Positions 32,976-42,871 are shown, counted from the first letter of the stretch. The stretch: 64,000 bases of DNA from Pseudomarimonas sp. (GCA_052390415.1 JBQTGY010000027.1:2485-66484); one strand, 5' to 3'. Numbers and translations are program-made. Notes: generated from the sequence alone by a model not told the origin.

Positions 32976-34313
32976 ATGAAGCCGATTCCCTCCGCACCTC
33001 GTGAGGAAGACTGGCGGTCATTGCCGGCCGAGCGGCTCACTTTAGTCTTCGATGCGGCCCAGCGCCTCAGCGACGACGACTACCTGCACTGGGACAAGTT
33101 GCGTCACTTGACGCCCCCGCCGGGGCTTACGCCGCGCGAATGGTGGCTCGCGCTAAAGCTCAAGCGGAGTGCAAACCGGCTGGCCTTTCCCGAACTTCTC
33201 GCGACGAATGGCAGTCCGGCTAGCCTGACTCGTCACGCGCGAGTGGATGCAGGCCTGGCGAGGATGGAACGTCTGCTCGCCGGCCGATTGACCTTACCGG
33301 AAGCCGCAAACAGCCCGGCGACGAGGGATCAGTTCATCGCCAGCTCGCTCATGGAGGAAGCGATCCACTCCAGCCTGTTCGAAGGCGCCGTCAGCACGCG
33401 CGAGGCGGCAAAGGACATGCTGCGCTCACAGCGCGAACCGGTGAATCGAGACGAGCGCATGATCTTGAACAACTATCGCGCGATGCTGCGGCTGCGCGAG
33501 CTTGCGCGCGAGCCGCTGAGTCTTGAGGGCGTGCTCGAACTCCACCGAATCCTGACCGACGGAACACTCGACCGGCCGGAGCAGGCCGGACGAATGCAAG
33601 AAGAGGGTGAAGAACGCGTCTGTATCCTCGACCGACGCCTGAACCGCGTTGTGTATTCGCCGCCGCCTGCGGCGCAACTTCCTGAACGCATGGCGCGGCT
33701 AATCGATTTCGCCAACGCAGCGGATGTGGTGGACGGGCGCTTCGTCCACCCACTCGTGCGCTCGATACTTCTACATTTTCAGCTTGCCTACGATCACCCG
33801 TTCTACGACGGCAATGGGCGCACGGCGCGGGCACTGTTTTATTGGTCGATGCTGCATCGCGGCTACTGGCTGGCCGAATATTTCTCCATTTCGCGGCTTC
33901 TCTATCAGCAACGACACCCCTACGAGCTGGCCTACCAGCAAGTCGAGAGTGACTCGCAAGATTCCACCTACTTCGTTTTGCAACAGCTCGATGTGCTGGA
34001 TCGCTCCGTCGACGCACTCTTCGACTATGTCGAGCGCAAGAGCCGGGCACAGCGGGTGCTTCGACAAAAACTGCGGGGCCGCGACGACCTCAATCACCGA
34101 CAGCTCGCATTGTTGGACCACGCGCTGCGACATTCCGACGCGCTTTACAGCCATGAATCGCATGCCAACTCACATCGGGTATCCATCATGACTGCCCGCA
34201 AAGACCTGCTCGACTTGGTGCATCGCGGATGGCTGCGTCAGTCAAAATCGAGCAAACGCAGTGTCTATCAGCCAGAACCAAGCTTGGATGCCATTTTGTT
34301 TCCTTCAAGCTGA
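32976..34313 (+). CDS. Fic family protein (class II, N-terminal inhibitory helix), probable AMPylase with C-terminal winged-helix-like region
   Basis: The Fic motif is HPFYDGNGRTAR. The upstream SSLFEG fits the (S/T)xxxE(G/N) auto-inhibition motif. Confidence 0.85.
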   Translation: MKPIPSAPREEDWRSLPAERLTLVFDAAQRLSDDDYLHWDKLRHLTPPPGLTPREWWLALKLKRSANRLAFPELLATNGSPASLTRHARVDAGLARMERLLAGRLTLPEAANSPATRDQFIASSLMEEAIHSSLFEGAVSTREAAKDMLRSQREPVNRDERMILNNYRAMLRLRELAREPLSLEGVLELHRILTDGTLDRPEQAGRMQEEGEERVCILDRRLNRVVYSPPPAAQLPERMARLIDFANAADVVDGRFVHPLVRSILLHFQLAYDHPFYDGNGRTARALFYWSMLHRGYWLAEYFSISRLLYQQRHPYELAYQQVESDSQDSTYFVLQQLDVLDRSVDALFDYVERKSRAQRVLRQKLRGRDDLNHRQLALLDHALRHSDALYSHESHANSHRVSIMTARKDLLDLVHRGWLRQSKSSKRSVYQPEPSLDAILFPSS

Positions 34314-34318
34314 TACGA

Positions 34319-34344
34319 GAAACCCCGCCGAAGCGGGGCTTTTC
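34319..34344. terminator. rho-independent terminator between fic and hppA
   Basis: AAACCCCGC-CGAA-GCGGGGCTTTT. Confidence 0.7.
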
Positions 34345-34357
34345 ATCGAAGGCTTGG

Positions 34358-34440
34358 TAGGGCGGGTCTTGACCCGCCATCCCCTGCAAATCGCCCAAAC
34401 GCTGGCGGATTAGGTTTCCGGCTTACAGCAGTCGCCCTAC
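34358..34440. repeat. REP-like element (GTAGGGCGGGTCTTGACCCGCC; related to 8976-9042)
   Basis: The palindrome GGCGGGTCTTGACCCGCC is present. The outer GTAGGGCG (34358) pairs with CGCCCTAC (34433-34440). Confidence 0.7.
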
Positions 34441-34451
34441 AACAAAGGCAC

Positions 34452-36497
34452 CTACAGCAGCGGCACCATCAGCAGCGCCACGATGTTGATGATCTTGATC
34501 AGCGGATTGACCGCCGGGCCGGCGGTGTCCTTGTAGGGGTCGCCGACGGTGTCGCCGGTGACGGCGGCCTTGTGGGCTTCAGAACCCTTGCCGCCGTGGT
34601 GGCCGTCTTCGATGTACTTTTTGGCGTTATCCCAGGCGCCGCCGCCGGTGGTCATCGAGATGGCGACGAACAGGCCGGTAACGATGGTGCCGATCAGCAA
34701 ACCACCCAGCGCTTGCGGTCCGAGCAACAGACCGACGAGCACAGGAACGGCGACTGGCAACAAGGACGGGATCATCATTTCCTTGATCGCCGACTTGGTC
34801 AGCAGGTCGACCGCCTTGTCGTATTCCGGCTTGGCGGTGCCTTCCATGATGCCCTTGATCTCGCGGAACTGGCGGCGAACTTCCACCACCACGCTGCCGG
34901 CCGCACGGCCGACCGCTTCCATCGCCATTGCGCCAAACAGATACGGAATCAGGCCACCGATCAACAGGCCGATGATGACCAGGTGATTGGACAGGTCGAA
35001 GGTCATGGCGGCATGCGCCACGCCAGCCGCTGCGTTTCTGGCCGCTTCCTGCACATCGATCTGGTGAGTGAAGTCGGCGAACAGCACCAGCGCGGCCAGA
35101 CCGGCCGAGCCAATCGCATACCCCTTGGTGACGGCCTTGGTGGTGTTGCCGACGGCATCCAGCGGATCGGTGACCGCACGCACTTCCGGCGGCAGCTCGC
35201 TCATTTCGGCGATGCCACCGGCGTTGTCGGTGATCGGGCCGTAGGCGTCGAGGGCGACGATCATGCCCGCCATGCTCAACATCGACGTCGCCGCGATGGA
35301 AATGCCATACAGACCGGACAGCTCGTAGCAACCCCAGATCGCCGCGCACACCAGGATCACCGGACCGGCGGTCGACTTCATTGAAATGCCGAGGCCGGAA
35401 ATGATGTTGGTGCCGTGGCCGGTGGTGCTGGCGCGAGCAATGTCCTGCACCGGCTTGTATTGCGTACCGGTGTAGTACTCGGTGACCCATACCAGCAAGC
35501 CGGTCAGGACCAGACCGATCAAGGAGCAGTAGTACAGACCCATCGCGCCATCGCCCATCATCGACGTGGTGATCGGATAGAAGAACACCGCCGCCAACAC
35601 CGCTGACACGATCACGCCCTTGTACAGCGCGCCCATGATCGAGCCGCTGCTGCCGATCTTGACGAACCAGGTACCGATGATCGACGCGATGATCGACACA
35701 CCACCCAACACCAGCGGGTACATCACGCCATTCGGGCCCACTTCGGCCACCATCAGGCCACCCAGCAGCATGGTGGCGATCAGGGTCACGGCGTAGGTTT
35801 CGAACAGGTCAGCCGCCATGCCCGCACAGTCGCCGACGTTGTCACCGACGTTGTCGGCGATCACCGCCGGGTTGCGCGGGTCATCTTCCGGGATGCCAGC
35901 TTCGACTTTACCGACCAGGTCGGCACCGACGTCCGCACCCTTGGTGAAGATGCCGCCGCCCAGACGCGCGAAGATCGAGATCAAGGACGAACCGAAGGCC
36001 AGACCGATCAAGGCGTGCAGTGCCTTGTCTTGCGGCATGCCCATCTTCAACAAGATGGCGAAGTAGCCAGCGACGCCGAGCAGGCCCAGACCCACCACCA
36101 GCATGCCGGTGATCGCGCCACCTTTGAACGCGACGGCCAGTGCCTTCGCCATGCCGTGCCGCGCCGCTTCAGCCGTACGCACGTTGGCGCGCACCGAAAT
36201 GTTCATGCCGATGTAACCCGCCGCACCCGAGAGCACCGCGCCGATCACGAAGCCGATCGCCGAGTACCAATCCAGCGCGAAGCCAAGTACCACGAACAAC
36301 ACCACGCCAACCACGGCGATGGTGCTGTACTGTCGATTCAGATACGCACGTGCGCCTTGCTGGATAGCGCCAGCGATTTCCTGCATGCGGGCATTGCCGG
36401 CGGGTTGTGCCAGCACCCAGCGAATCGACATGACGCCGTAGACGAGGGCAAGGATTGCGCCCGCAAGCGCAATCTCCAGGCCGTATTGCTCGAACAT
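34452..36497 (-). CDS. hppA: membrane-bound proton-translocating pyrophosphatase
   Basis: 681 aa and polytopic. Motifs [18 protein letters not shown] and DTVGDPYKD are present. Confidence 0.96.
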   Translation of the reverse strand: MFEQYGLEIALAGAILALVYGVMSIRWVLAQPAGNARMQEIAGAIQQGARAYLNRQYSTIAVVGVVLFVVLGFALDWYSAIGFVIGAVLSGAAGYIGMNISVRANVRTAEAARHGMAKALAVAFKGGAITGMLVVGLGLLGVAGYFAILLKMGMPQDKALHALIGLAFGSSLISIFARLGGGIFTKGADVGADLVGKVEAGIPEDDPRNPAVIADNVGDNVGDCAGMAADLFETYAVTLIATMLLGGLMVAEVGPNGVMYPLVLGGVSIIASIIGTWFVKIGSSGSIMGALYKGVIVSAVLAAVFFYPITTSMMGDGAMGLYYCSLIGLVLTGLLVWVTEYYTGTQYKPVQDIARASTTGHGTNIISGLGISMKSTAGPVILVCAAIWGCYELSGLYGISIAATSMLSMAGMIVALDAYGPITDNAGGIAEMSELPPEVRAVTDPLDAVGNTTKAVTKGYAIGSAGLAALVLFADFTHQIDVQEAARNAAAGVAHAAMTFDLSNHLVIIGLLIGGLIPYLFGAMAMEAVGRAAGSVVVEVRRQFREIKGIMEGTAKPEYDKAVDLLTKSAIKEMMIPSLLPVAVPVLVGLLLGPQALGGLLIGTIVTGLFVAISMTTGGGAWDNAKKYIEDGHHGGKGSEAHKAAVTGDTVGDPYKDTAGPAVNPLIKIINIVALLMVPLL

Positions 36498-36820
36498 GAA
36501 ACCTCCAAGAGTGAGTGAACGAATGCTTAAGGGGCAAAAGGGCGCGAAGTATAGCTAATGAGGGCGGCGTGAGGCGCAGATTGGCCGGGCGCAATGGCCG
36601 AAAGGCAGGGATCGCTGTCGGGCGTGGGTGCAACTACCGGCAAATCAAGCGGTGGGCAAGCACCGGCGGGCGTATGAGCCGTAGGGCATTGCGCCAACAG
36701 CGGCGAGTTGAATTTGAAGGCAGGCCGAACTCGCCGACGGTACTCAGTTTGCTCATCGCAAGAATTTGCTGCGCAAGTTTTGAATCGTTTGACACCAAGC
36801 TTGCGAGCCGCCCACTCACT

Positions 36821-36845
36821 CCTTACAGTTAAGTCACATGTAAGG
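36821..36845. promoter_or_regulatory. candidate VapB operator
   Basis: CCTTACA-N11-TGTAAGG inverted repeat overlapping the vapB ribosome-binding site (AAGGAG). Confidence 0.3.
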
Positions 36846-36853
36846 AGCCTCCT

Positions 36854-37081
36854 ATGTCCGAAGCTAGGCTGACCAGTAAAGGGCAGATCACCATTCCGGC
36901 CGACATTCGCAGAGCGCTGGGTCTGAGCGTGGGTGAGCGTGTGGTCTTTACGCGGCTGGACGATGGCACGACCGTGATGCGCAACAAGACGCGCTCGATC
37001 ATCGACCTCAAGGGGCTGTTGAAGCCCGTGCGAGGCAAGCGCAAGGTGGCGCTGGGCGATATGAGCATTGGTCGCAGCTGA
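36854..37081 (+). CDS. vapB: AbrB/MazE/SpoVT-fold antitoxin
   Basis: 75 aa with SKGQITIPADIRRALGL, the SpoVT-AbrB swapped-hairpin signature. Confidence 0.85.
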   Translation: MSEARLTSKGQITIPADIRRALGLSVGERVVFTRLDDGTTVMRNKTRSIIDLKGLLKPVRGKRKVALGDMSIGRS

Positions 37082-37491
37082 TGCCCGGGCTGGACACCAA
37101 TGTGCTGGTGCGCTGGCTGGTGGACGACGATGTGCGGCAGAGCGCCCTGGTGTTGAAGGTGCTTGAGTCCATGCGTGCGGGTGGCGAACGCCTGTTTGTT
37201 CCCACTACGGTGGCGTTGGAACTGGAATGGGTGCTGCGCTCGCGTTACGGGTTCGACAAGTCCACGGTTCTGATGACCTTCAATGCGTTACTCGAAACCG
37301 AGGAACTGGATTTTCAGTCGGAGCAAGCGTTGGAGCGGGCGCTGCATTTGTTCCGCCAAGGCAACGCAGAATTCGCTGACTGCCTGCACGCAGGCGCGTG
37401 CGCCAATGCCGAGCGTGCGCCGATGCTGAGTTTCGATGCCAAGGCAGCCCGACTGCCGGGTGTGCAGTTGTGGGGCTCCGATGGGGTCTAG
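37081..37491 (+). CDS. vapC: PIN-domain toxin
   Basis: 136 aa with an LDTNVLV start (first acidic residue), later E and D (FADCL). It overlaps vapB in an ATGA. Confidence 0.85.
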   Translation: MPGLDTNVLVRWLVDDDVRQSALVLKVLESMRAGGERLFVPTTVALELEWVLRSRYGFDKSTVLMTFNALLETEELDFQSEQALERALHLFRQGNAEFADCLHAGACANAERAPMLSFDAKAARLPGVQLWGSDGV

Positions 37492-37507
37492 TCGCTTCCT
37501 CAGCTCC

Positions 37508-39349
37508 TCAATGTTCACGAGGCTGCGGATCCAGCACCAGCACGTCGATGAAGGGCGACAGCGCTTCGAAGTGCAGCGACCACGCCACCTCGCCTTGGCC
37601 GCAGCCGACGCAGCGATACATCAGCAAGTAGGCATCCTGGAAGATCGGCGTAACCGGATGGCCCGCCGCGAGGACGTGTGGCGCCACGAATGGCCGCCGG
37701 TCGCCGGTGCGCGCCGCGACCATCAACAATGCTCCAGCCGAGGTATTGCCCTGCAGCGTTGTCCGAGACGCCGGCAGGTCGAGCGGATCGCGGGGCGGGA
37801 AGCGGCCGCCGTTGACGATCGCCTGCGCCTGGCCAGCGCTCCAAACCGCATCGACCTTGCCGAGCCACAGTCCTGACGTCGTCGCACTCATACCGCCCGC
37901 CCGCGCCGCCGGCTCGCTGAGGCCGGCCAGCAGCGCATGTCCGGGTACTGGCGGCCCGCCCAGCAGGATCTGGGCGATGCCGCCGCAGGCCTGGCGCGGT
38001 CCGACGCCAAAGCTCTCGTCGAGCCAGCTGGCCAGATGACCATAGGCGACGGTCGGAGCACACAGGGTTGCACCGAGCGGCGCCATGTTCCGCAGCGGCA
38101 GCCGCGTGGCGCGCATCGGCGTGCTGCCCTCGCGCACCGAGGCGACATCCATCAGGCCGGCACCCGAGGACGGATACACAGGGTAGTCGACCACCTCGGG
38201 CGCGGTGATGGCCAGCCGCAACAGCAGCACCGGCGCGATCGCGGCGCTGAGCAGCACCGCGACCAGCGGCAGCCGCAACCAGCGCCAGCGCTGCCACAGC
38301 CCGAACCAGCCCAGGGCCAACCATCCGGCGATCAGCGGCGCATGCGCATGGGCCATCCAGAATGGCGTGTAAGGCCGCAGCATCAGGACGAAAACAGAGT
38401 GCGCCAGAAGCACCGCCAGCAGCGCCAAAAAACGCGTTCTGATCGCAACGTTGGCGCAGCCGCCGAAAGCGGCCAGCGCCAGGCCCAGCAGATACAGGAT
38501 CAGCAGAGCCTCTGCCCACGCTCCCGCCGCCAGCCACAGTCGCAGCAGCATTTCCGGTCCGCCCCAGAACAGGCCGAGCAGCAAGGGTCCCAGCCGATCG
38601 ACGACATCGATCTGCAGTTCCCCGCCGACGTAGCCGGACAGCCGCGACAGCTCGCTCGCATCGACGGCGATTGCCTGCTGGATCCAGTGCGGCAACAGCG
38701 GCAACAGCATCACCACGCCCGCGAGGGCACCATCGCGAAGTCGCTGCGGCCAAACTGCCGTCGCTTGAACGCCGAAAATCAGTGCGAGCGCAGCCAGCAA
38801 CAGCGTGGTCGGATGCGCATGCAGCGCCAGCATCGCGCATGCACCCAAGCCGGTCGCGCGGGCAAGCGACGGTTGTTGGCGGTAGGCCAGCGTCATCAGG
38901 CCCAATCCGAGCAGGGTGCTGGCCACGAGGCTGGTATGGGTCGGCCAGAGCAGCTCGAACATCGACCAGCCAGGCACCGCCAGTGCCAGCGCGAACAGGC
39001 CACCGGCCCATGTTCCGCCCAGCCGTCGGCCAAGCAGGAAGCCCAGTGGAAACTTCAGGCCCGACAGCAAGCCGGTCGTCCACAGCACGGCCGGCGCGCC
39101 GCCGAGGGCAAAGGCCGCGCCGATCGTGTAGTACCAGAGCGGGCCGAGGTGACCGAGGTTGCCGATCACCGGGCCGACCAGCGGCCACTCGGCGCCGCTG
39201 GCGATTCGCTGGGCGAAATACAGGTCGCGCCAGGTGTCGGCGACCGCGGCCACATGCAGCGCCGCTTGCGCCCAGGCCAGCGACAAGCCGATACAGAGGA
39301 TCAGAAAGGCGACATCGACAGTCCGCCACGACCGCAGATTGTCAGTCAT
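37508..39349 (-). CDS. polytopic membrane protein, GT-C-fold glycosyltransferase-like (ArnT/PMT-like) with C-terminal periplasmic domain
   Basis: About 11 predicted TM helices. The first-loop motif DTWRDLYFAQRIASGAEWPLVGP...GPLWYY resembles GT39/GT83 enzymes. Two other long ORFs over the same DNA are Arg/Pro/Gly-rich artefacts. Confidence 0.55.
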   Translation of the reverse strand: MTDNLRSWRTVDVAFLILCIGLSLAWAQAALHVAAVADTWRDLYFAQRIASGAEWPLVGPVIGNLGHLGPLWYYTIGAAFALGGAPAVLWTTGLLSGLKFPLGFLLGRRLGGTWAGGLFALALAVPGWSMFELLWPTHTSLVASTLLGLGLMTLAYRQQPSLARATGLGACAMLALHAHPTTLLLAALALIFGVQATAVWPQRLRDGALAGVVMLLPLLPHWIQQAIAVDASELSRLSGYVGGELQIDVVDRLGPLLLGLFWGGPEMLLRLWLAAGAWAEALLILYLLGLALAAFGGCANVAIRTRFLALLAVLLAHSVFVLMLRPYTPFWMAHAHAPLIAGWLALGWFGLWQRWRWLRLPLVAVLLSAAIAPVLLLRLAITAPEVVDYPVYPSSGAGLMDVASVREGSTPMRATRLPLRNMAPLGATLCAPTVAYGHLASWLDESFGVGPRQACGGIAQILLGGPPVPGHALLAGLSEPAARAGGMSATTSGLWLGKVDAVWSAGQAQAIVNGGRFPPRDPLDLPASRTTLQGNTSAGALLMVAARTGDRRPFVAPHVLAAGHPVTPIFQDAYLLMYRCVGCGQGEVAWSLHFEALSPFIDVLVLDPQPREH

Positions 39350-39432
39350 CGCAGGCAGCTGTACGCTCGCCGGCCGGCGCGCGGCCGCGGCAGGGCGTGA
39401 GGCGAAGCGGAGTGAAGGCTGCGGGTGCGGGC

Positions 39433-40632
39433 ATGCGTTATTGGCTGTGGGTGCTGGCGACGGCCGTCTGGCTGCTGGCCGGCATCGCCGTGTTCCACGG
39501 CGCGCCGGTCATCCTCGACGAAGGCGCGCACGGCCTGCAAGTCATGCGTCACTTCGAGGGTAACCCCGACCCGCAGCCCGGCCTGACCACCTTCAGTTTC
39601 TGGCACGCGCTGCTGGCGAGGCTGAGCGGCCCCTGGCTGGTCGCGGGCGAACAGCCCGATGTTCCGATGCTTCGCCTGTGGTCGGTACTGTTCACGGCCT
39701 GGCTGATCCCCGCCGGCTACTGGCTGGTGCGCGCCAGCGGCGGCAGCACGCTGGAGGCGGCGCGCCGCAGCTTCGGCCTGGCCATGTTGCCCGGAGTGGC
39801 GCCGCTGCTGTTCCTGCTCTACACCGACATCGTCGCGCTGGTGCCGCTGCTGGTTGCAGCGGCGGCGGCGATGGCACGTCGCCCCGTGCTGGCGCTGGTT
39901 GGCGCCGTGCTGTCGACGCTGGTGCGGCAGACCTCAGTCGTCTGGGTGGGTTGGCTCGCGCTGCGCGAGCTGCGCGCCGGTGCCGGCCAGCCGCTGCGCA
40001 CGCGGGTCGTCCGGCTGCTTCCGCATGCCCTGGCGCTGGCGGCGTTCGGCGCTTTCGTACTCTGCAACGGTGGCATTGCAATCGGTGACCGCGACTCCCA
40101 TCCGACCGGCCGGATTACACCGCACAACCTGATGTTCGCCTTGCTCTACGCCTGGATCGTGCTGCTGCCGCTGCAGCTCGCCGCCGTGCCGCGCATCGTC
40201 GCTGGCCTGCGGGCGCGGCCGCTGCTGGGATTGCCGCTGTTGGCCACAGCGCTGCTGTTCTGGTTCGGCTTCGCGCCCGACCATCCCTACAATCAGATCG
40301 CGCCAGAGGCGATCCTGCACAACGGCTTCATCGCCTGGCTGGCGAATTCCGGGCCACGCGCCCTGGGCCTGGTGGCGATCACCTGGTCACTGGCGACCCT
40401 GCAGTTCACCGCCCTGCGCGACCCGCAGCCACTCGCGCTGCACGTGGCGATGGTGTTGTCGCTGCTGCCGGTGTGGATGGTTGAACCGCGCTACGCACTG
40501 CCAGCGCTGGCGCTGTTCTTCCTGCTGCGACGTGAGGAGAACGATGCGGTCGAACTGGCCCTGGCCTGCTGGCTGGCACTGCTCGGCCTCGGGCTGAGCT
40601 GGGGCTACGCGATCTACCGCTACCTGCTCTGA
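39433..40632 (+). CDS. polytopic membrane protein, GT-C-like (ALG10/DIE2-like DExxH..Q loop)
   Basis: Start at MRYWLWVLATAVWLLAG. The first loop ILDEGAHGLQVMRHF resembles the DE-x-F-H-x-x-Q loop of ALG10-type glucosyltransferases. There are roughly 10 TM helices. Confidence 0.45.
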   Translation: MRYWLWVLATAVWLLAGIAVFHGAPVILDEGAHGLQVMRHFEGNPDPQPGLTTFSFWHALLARLSGPWLVAGEQPDVPMLRLWSVLFTAWLIPAGYWLVRASGGSTLEAARRSFGLAMLPGVAPLLFLLYTDIVALVPLLVAAAAAMARRPVLALVGAVLSTLVRQTSVVWVGWLALRELRAGAGQPLRTRVVRLLPHALALAAFGAFVLCNGGIAIGDRDSHPTGRITPHNLMFALLYAWIVLLPLQLAAVPRIVAGLRARPLLGLPLLATALLFWFGFAPDHPYNQIAPEAILHNGFIAWLANSGPRALGLVAITWSLATLQFTALRDPQPLALHVAMVLSLLPVWMVEPRYALPALALFFLLRREENDAVELALACWLALLGLGLSWGYAIYRYLL

Positions 40633-40768
40633 GCGCGGCGCGGCCGTCTCGATGCCTTCCAGCAGCGTGACCGCGACCTTGCGCGGAACACCGTCTGGCT
40701 CAAGGTACTCGCTCCGCAGAGCCACCGTCAGCACCAAGCAAGCCGCTCCTCGGTGCAGCGAATCCAGG

Positions 40769-41221
40769 TCAGGTCACTTGGTCGTCTGGCCGCTCCTTGC
40801 CCACACCAACTTCCAATCCAAGTGACTCGACCCATTCCCGCAACGCCTGCATGGTGGCAGCTCGCTCGAAGTAATACCAAGCGGTCAGCAGATCGGTGCG
40901 TTCGAGCACGTCCTTGAAGCGCCGATAGGCGCCACGACGTTGAAAAATATCTGCGACTTCCGAGAACGCCGATGGCAGCTTCTGATCGATGAATTCGAGG
41001 GCCAGCTCGCGGCCGAGATCGAGATCCCGCTTATCTGGAACGGCGACGTAGATGGTGCCGTCCTCCCAATCCTCCGGAAGCTCTTCCAAGTCATCGACAG
41101 CGTCGCCAGTCCAGAAGATTTTTCCGCTTTCGCGGGAGACGTAAGCGGCATTTCCAAAAGCCATTGCCCCGCTGACCCACTCCAGCGCCTGCTCAAGGTC
41201 ATCAAGATCGACTGTGGGCAT
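40769..41221 (-). CDS. hypothetical acidic cytoplasmic protein (possibly UPF0158-like)
   Basis: ATG at 41221 lies 7 nt after GGAGGG. 150 aa, with lower GC than its surroundings. The family assignment is from memory only. Confidence 0.5.
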   Translation of the reverse strand: MPTVDLDDLEQALEWVSGAMAFGNAAYVSRESGKIFWTGDAVDDLEELPEDWEDGTIYVAVPDKRDLDLGRELALEFIDQKLPSAFSEVADIFQRRGAYRRFKDVLERTDLLTAWYYFERAATMQALREWVESLGLEVGVGKERPDDQVT

Positions 41222-41405
41222 GGCTGAACCCTCCAACAATTCCGTAGCGCGGATAGCTATCGAACAAGCAAATGGTCACACGAGTCAAAGATCGATTTCA
41301 AAAGGAGCTTCGGTCGGTTGACCGGTACGCAGCGGCTGGGGTCTTGAGGGCTGCACGCGGCCAGCGCATCGCCAACACGATCCGTTTAGTCAGCAGAGTC
41401 GGGAC

Positions 41406-41419
41406 TTGATCGAGGTCAA
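41406..41419. promoter_or_regulatory. FNR/Anr-type box upstream of hemN
   Basis: TTGATcgagGTCAA against the consensus TTGAT-N4-ATCAA. Its centre is 42.5 nt before the hemN ATG. Confidence 0.6.
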
Positions 41420-41454
41420 AGACGGGCTGGCAATGACCACCCAGACTGCGCAGC

Positions 41455-42849
41455 ATGATCTCCCTACCGCCTTTCGACGCCGAGTTGCTACGCCGCTACG
41501 ACCGGCCCGGTCCGCGTTACACCTCCTACCCGACCGCGCCACAGCTTCACTCAGGATTCGGCGAGGCAGAATTTCGGCAGGCGGCCAATCTCAGCAATGA
41601 CGACCCGATACCGCGGCGGTTGTCGCTGTATGTGCATCTGCCGTTCTGCTTCAGCCCCTGCTTTTACTGCGGCTGCAATCGCATCATTACCCGCGACGCG
41701 GCGCGGGCCGAGCCGTATCTTTCGCGGTTGCAGCGCGAGGCGTCGATGTTGGGTCCGCAGTTCGACCGTGATCGCGAGGTCATGCAACTGCATCTGGGCG
41801 GCGGCACACCGAACTTCTTCGCACCGGGCCAGATCGGCGAGCTGCTGGACGCGCTGAGCTGCCATTTCCATTTCAGCCCCAGCCCGGCGCGCGACTTTTC
41901 CATCGAGATCGACCCGCGGCGGATCAGCCCCGGAGACATCGAGGCGCTGGCTTTCATGGGCTTCAACCGTGCCAGCCTGGGCGTTCAGGACTTCGATCCT
42001 GCGGTGCAGGAGGCAGTGAACCGCATCCAGAGTGTCGAACAGACTCAGGACGTGATCGACGCCTGCCGTCGGTACGGCTTCCGCTCGGTGAATGTGGACC
42101 TGATCTACGGCCTGCCACGGCAAACTCGCGAAGGCTTCGGCCGGACATTGGACACGGTCATCGACAGTCGGCCCGACCGCCTGGCGGTCTACAGTTATGC
42201 GCACATGCCGCAGTTGTTTCGACCGCAGCAGCGAATCGTTGAGGCCGAGTTACCGAGTGCGGAAGACAAGCTGGGCCTGCTGCAACTGGCGATCGAAAAG
42301 CTGTCCGCCGCTGGCTACCGCTACGTCGGCATGGACCACTTCGCCCTGCCCGGCGACGAGCTGTCACTGGCGCAGGACGGTGGCAAGTTGCACCGCAACT
42401 TCATGGGTTACACCACCCACGCCGACTGCGATCTGATCGGGCTGGGCGTGAGTTCGATCAGCCACGTGGGTGACAGCTACAGTCAGAATCCGCGCGATCT
42501 GCCGTCCTGGGAACTCGCCATCGATTCCGGACGCCTGCCGACCTGGCGCGGCATGACGCTGGACGCCGATGACCTGCTGCGTGCCGACCTGATCCAGCAG
42601 CTCATGTGTCACGGAGAAGTGGATTTCGCGACGCTGGAACAACGCCACGAGATCGAGTTCGAGACCTATTTTCGTGACGACCTGATCCGCCTGCAGCCGC
42701 TCGCGGCCGATGGTCTGATCGAGCGCCACCCGCGCGCGTTGCGGGTGACATCGCGCGGTCGGCTGCTGCTCCGTATCATCGCGGCATGTTTCGACCGCTA
42801 CCTCCAACAACCTCAGGCCCTGTCGACCCGTTTCTCGAAGGTCATCTGA
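41455..42849 (+). CDS. hemN: oxygen-independent coproporphyrinogen III oxidase (radical SAM)
   Basis: GPRYTSYPTA, the CFSPCFYCGC (CxxxCxxC) cluster and GGGTPNF are present. Confidence 0.95.
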   Translation: MISLPPFDAELLRRYDRPGPRYTSYPTAPQLHSGFGEAEFRQAANLSNDDPIPRRLSLYVHLPFCFSPCFYCGCNRIITRDAARAEPYLSRLQREASMLGPQFDRDREVMQLHLGGGTPNFFAPGQIGELLDALSCHFHFSPSPARDFSIEIDPRRISPGDIEALAFMGFNRASLGVQDFDPAVQEAVNRIQSVEQTQDVIDACRRYGFRSVNVDLIYGLPRQTREGFGRTLDTVIDSRPDRLAVYSYAHMPQLFRPQQRIVEAELPSAEDKLGLLQLAIEKLSAAGYRYVGMDHFALPGDELSLAQDGGKLHRNFMGYTTHADCDLIGLGVSSISHVGDSYSQNPRDLPSWELAIDSGRLPTWRGMTLDADDLLRADLIQQLMCHGEVDFATLEQRHEIEFETYFRDDLIRLQPLAADGLIERHPRALRVTSRGRLLLRIIAACFDRYLQQPQALSTRFSKVI

Positions 42850-42871
42850 GCTCGCGGTCGAGACGCAACCG

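Noticed and set aside
36497-36853. Possible ncRNA or riboswitch in the 357-bp hppA/vapB spacer, including the hairpin CGGCGAGTT-N18-AACTCGCCG at 36701-36736.
   Set aside because: I recognise no conserved riboswitch core and there is no terminator-like T-tract. Part of the spacer resembles REP half-sites (GTAGGGCATTGCGCC). It most likely holds divergent promoter DNA.
37515-39400. 604-aa same-strand alternative frame (37515..39329) and 487-aa antisense ORF (37937..39400) over the GT-C-like gene.
   Set aside because: Both are Arg/Pro/Gly/Gln-rich with no hydrophobic periodicity. The 37508..39349 frame gives a coherent polytopic protein.
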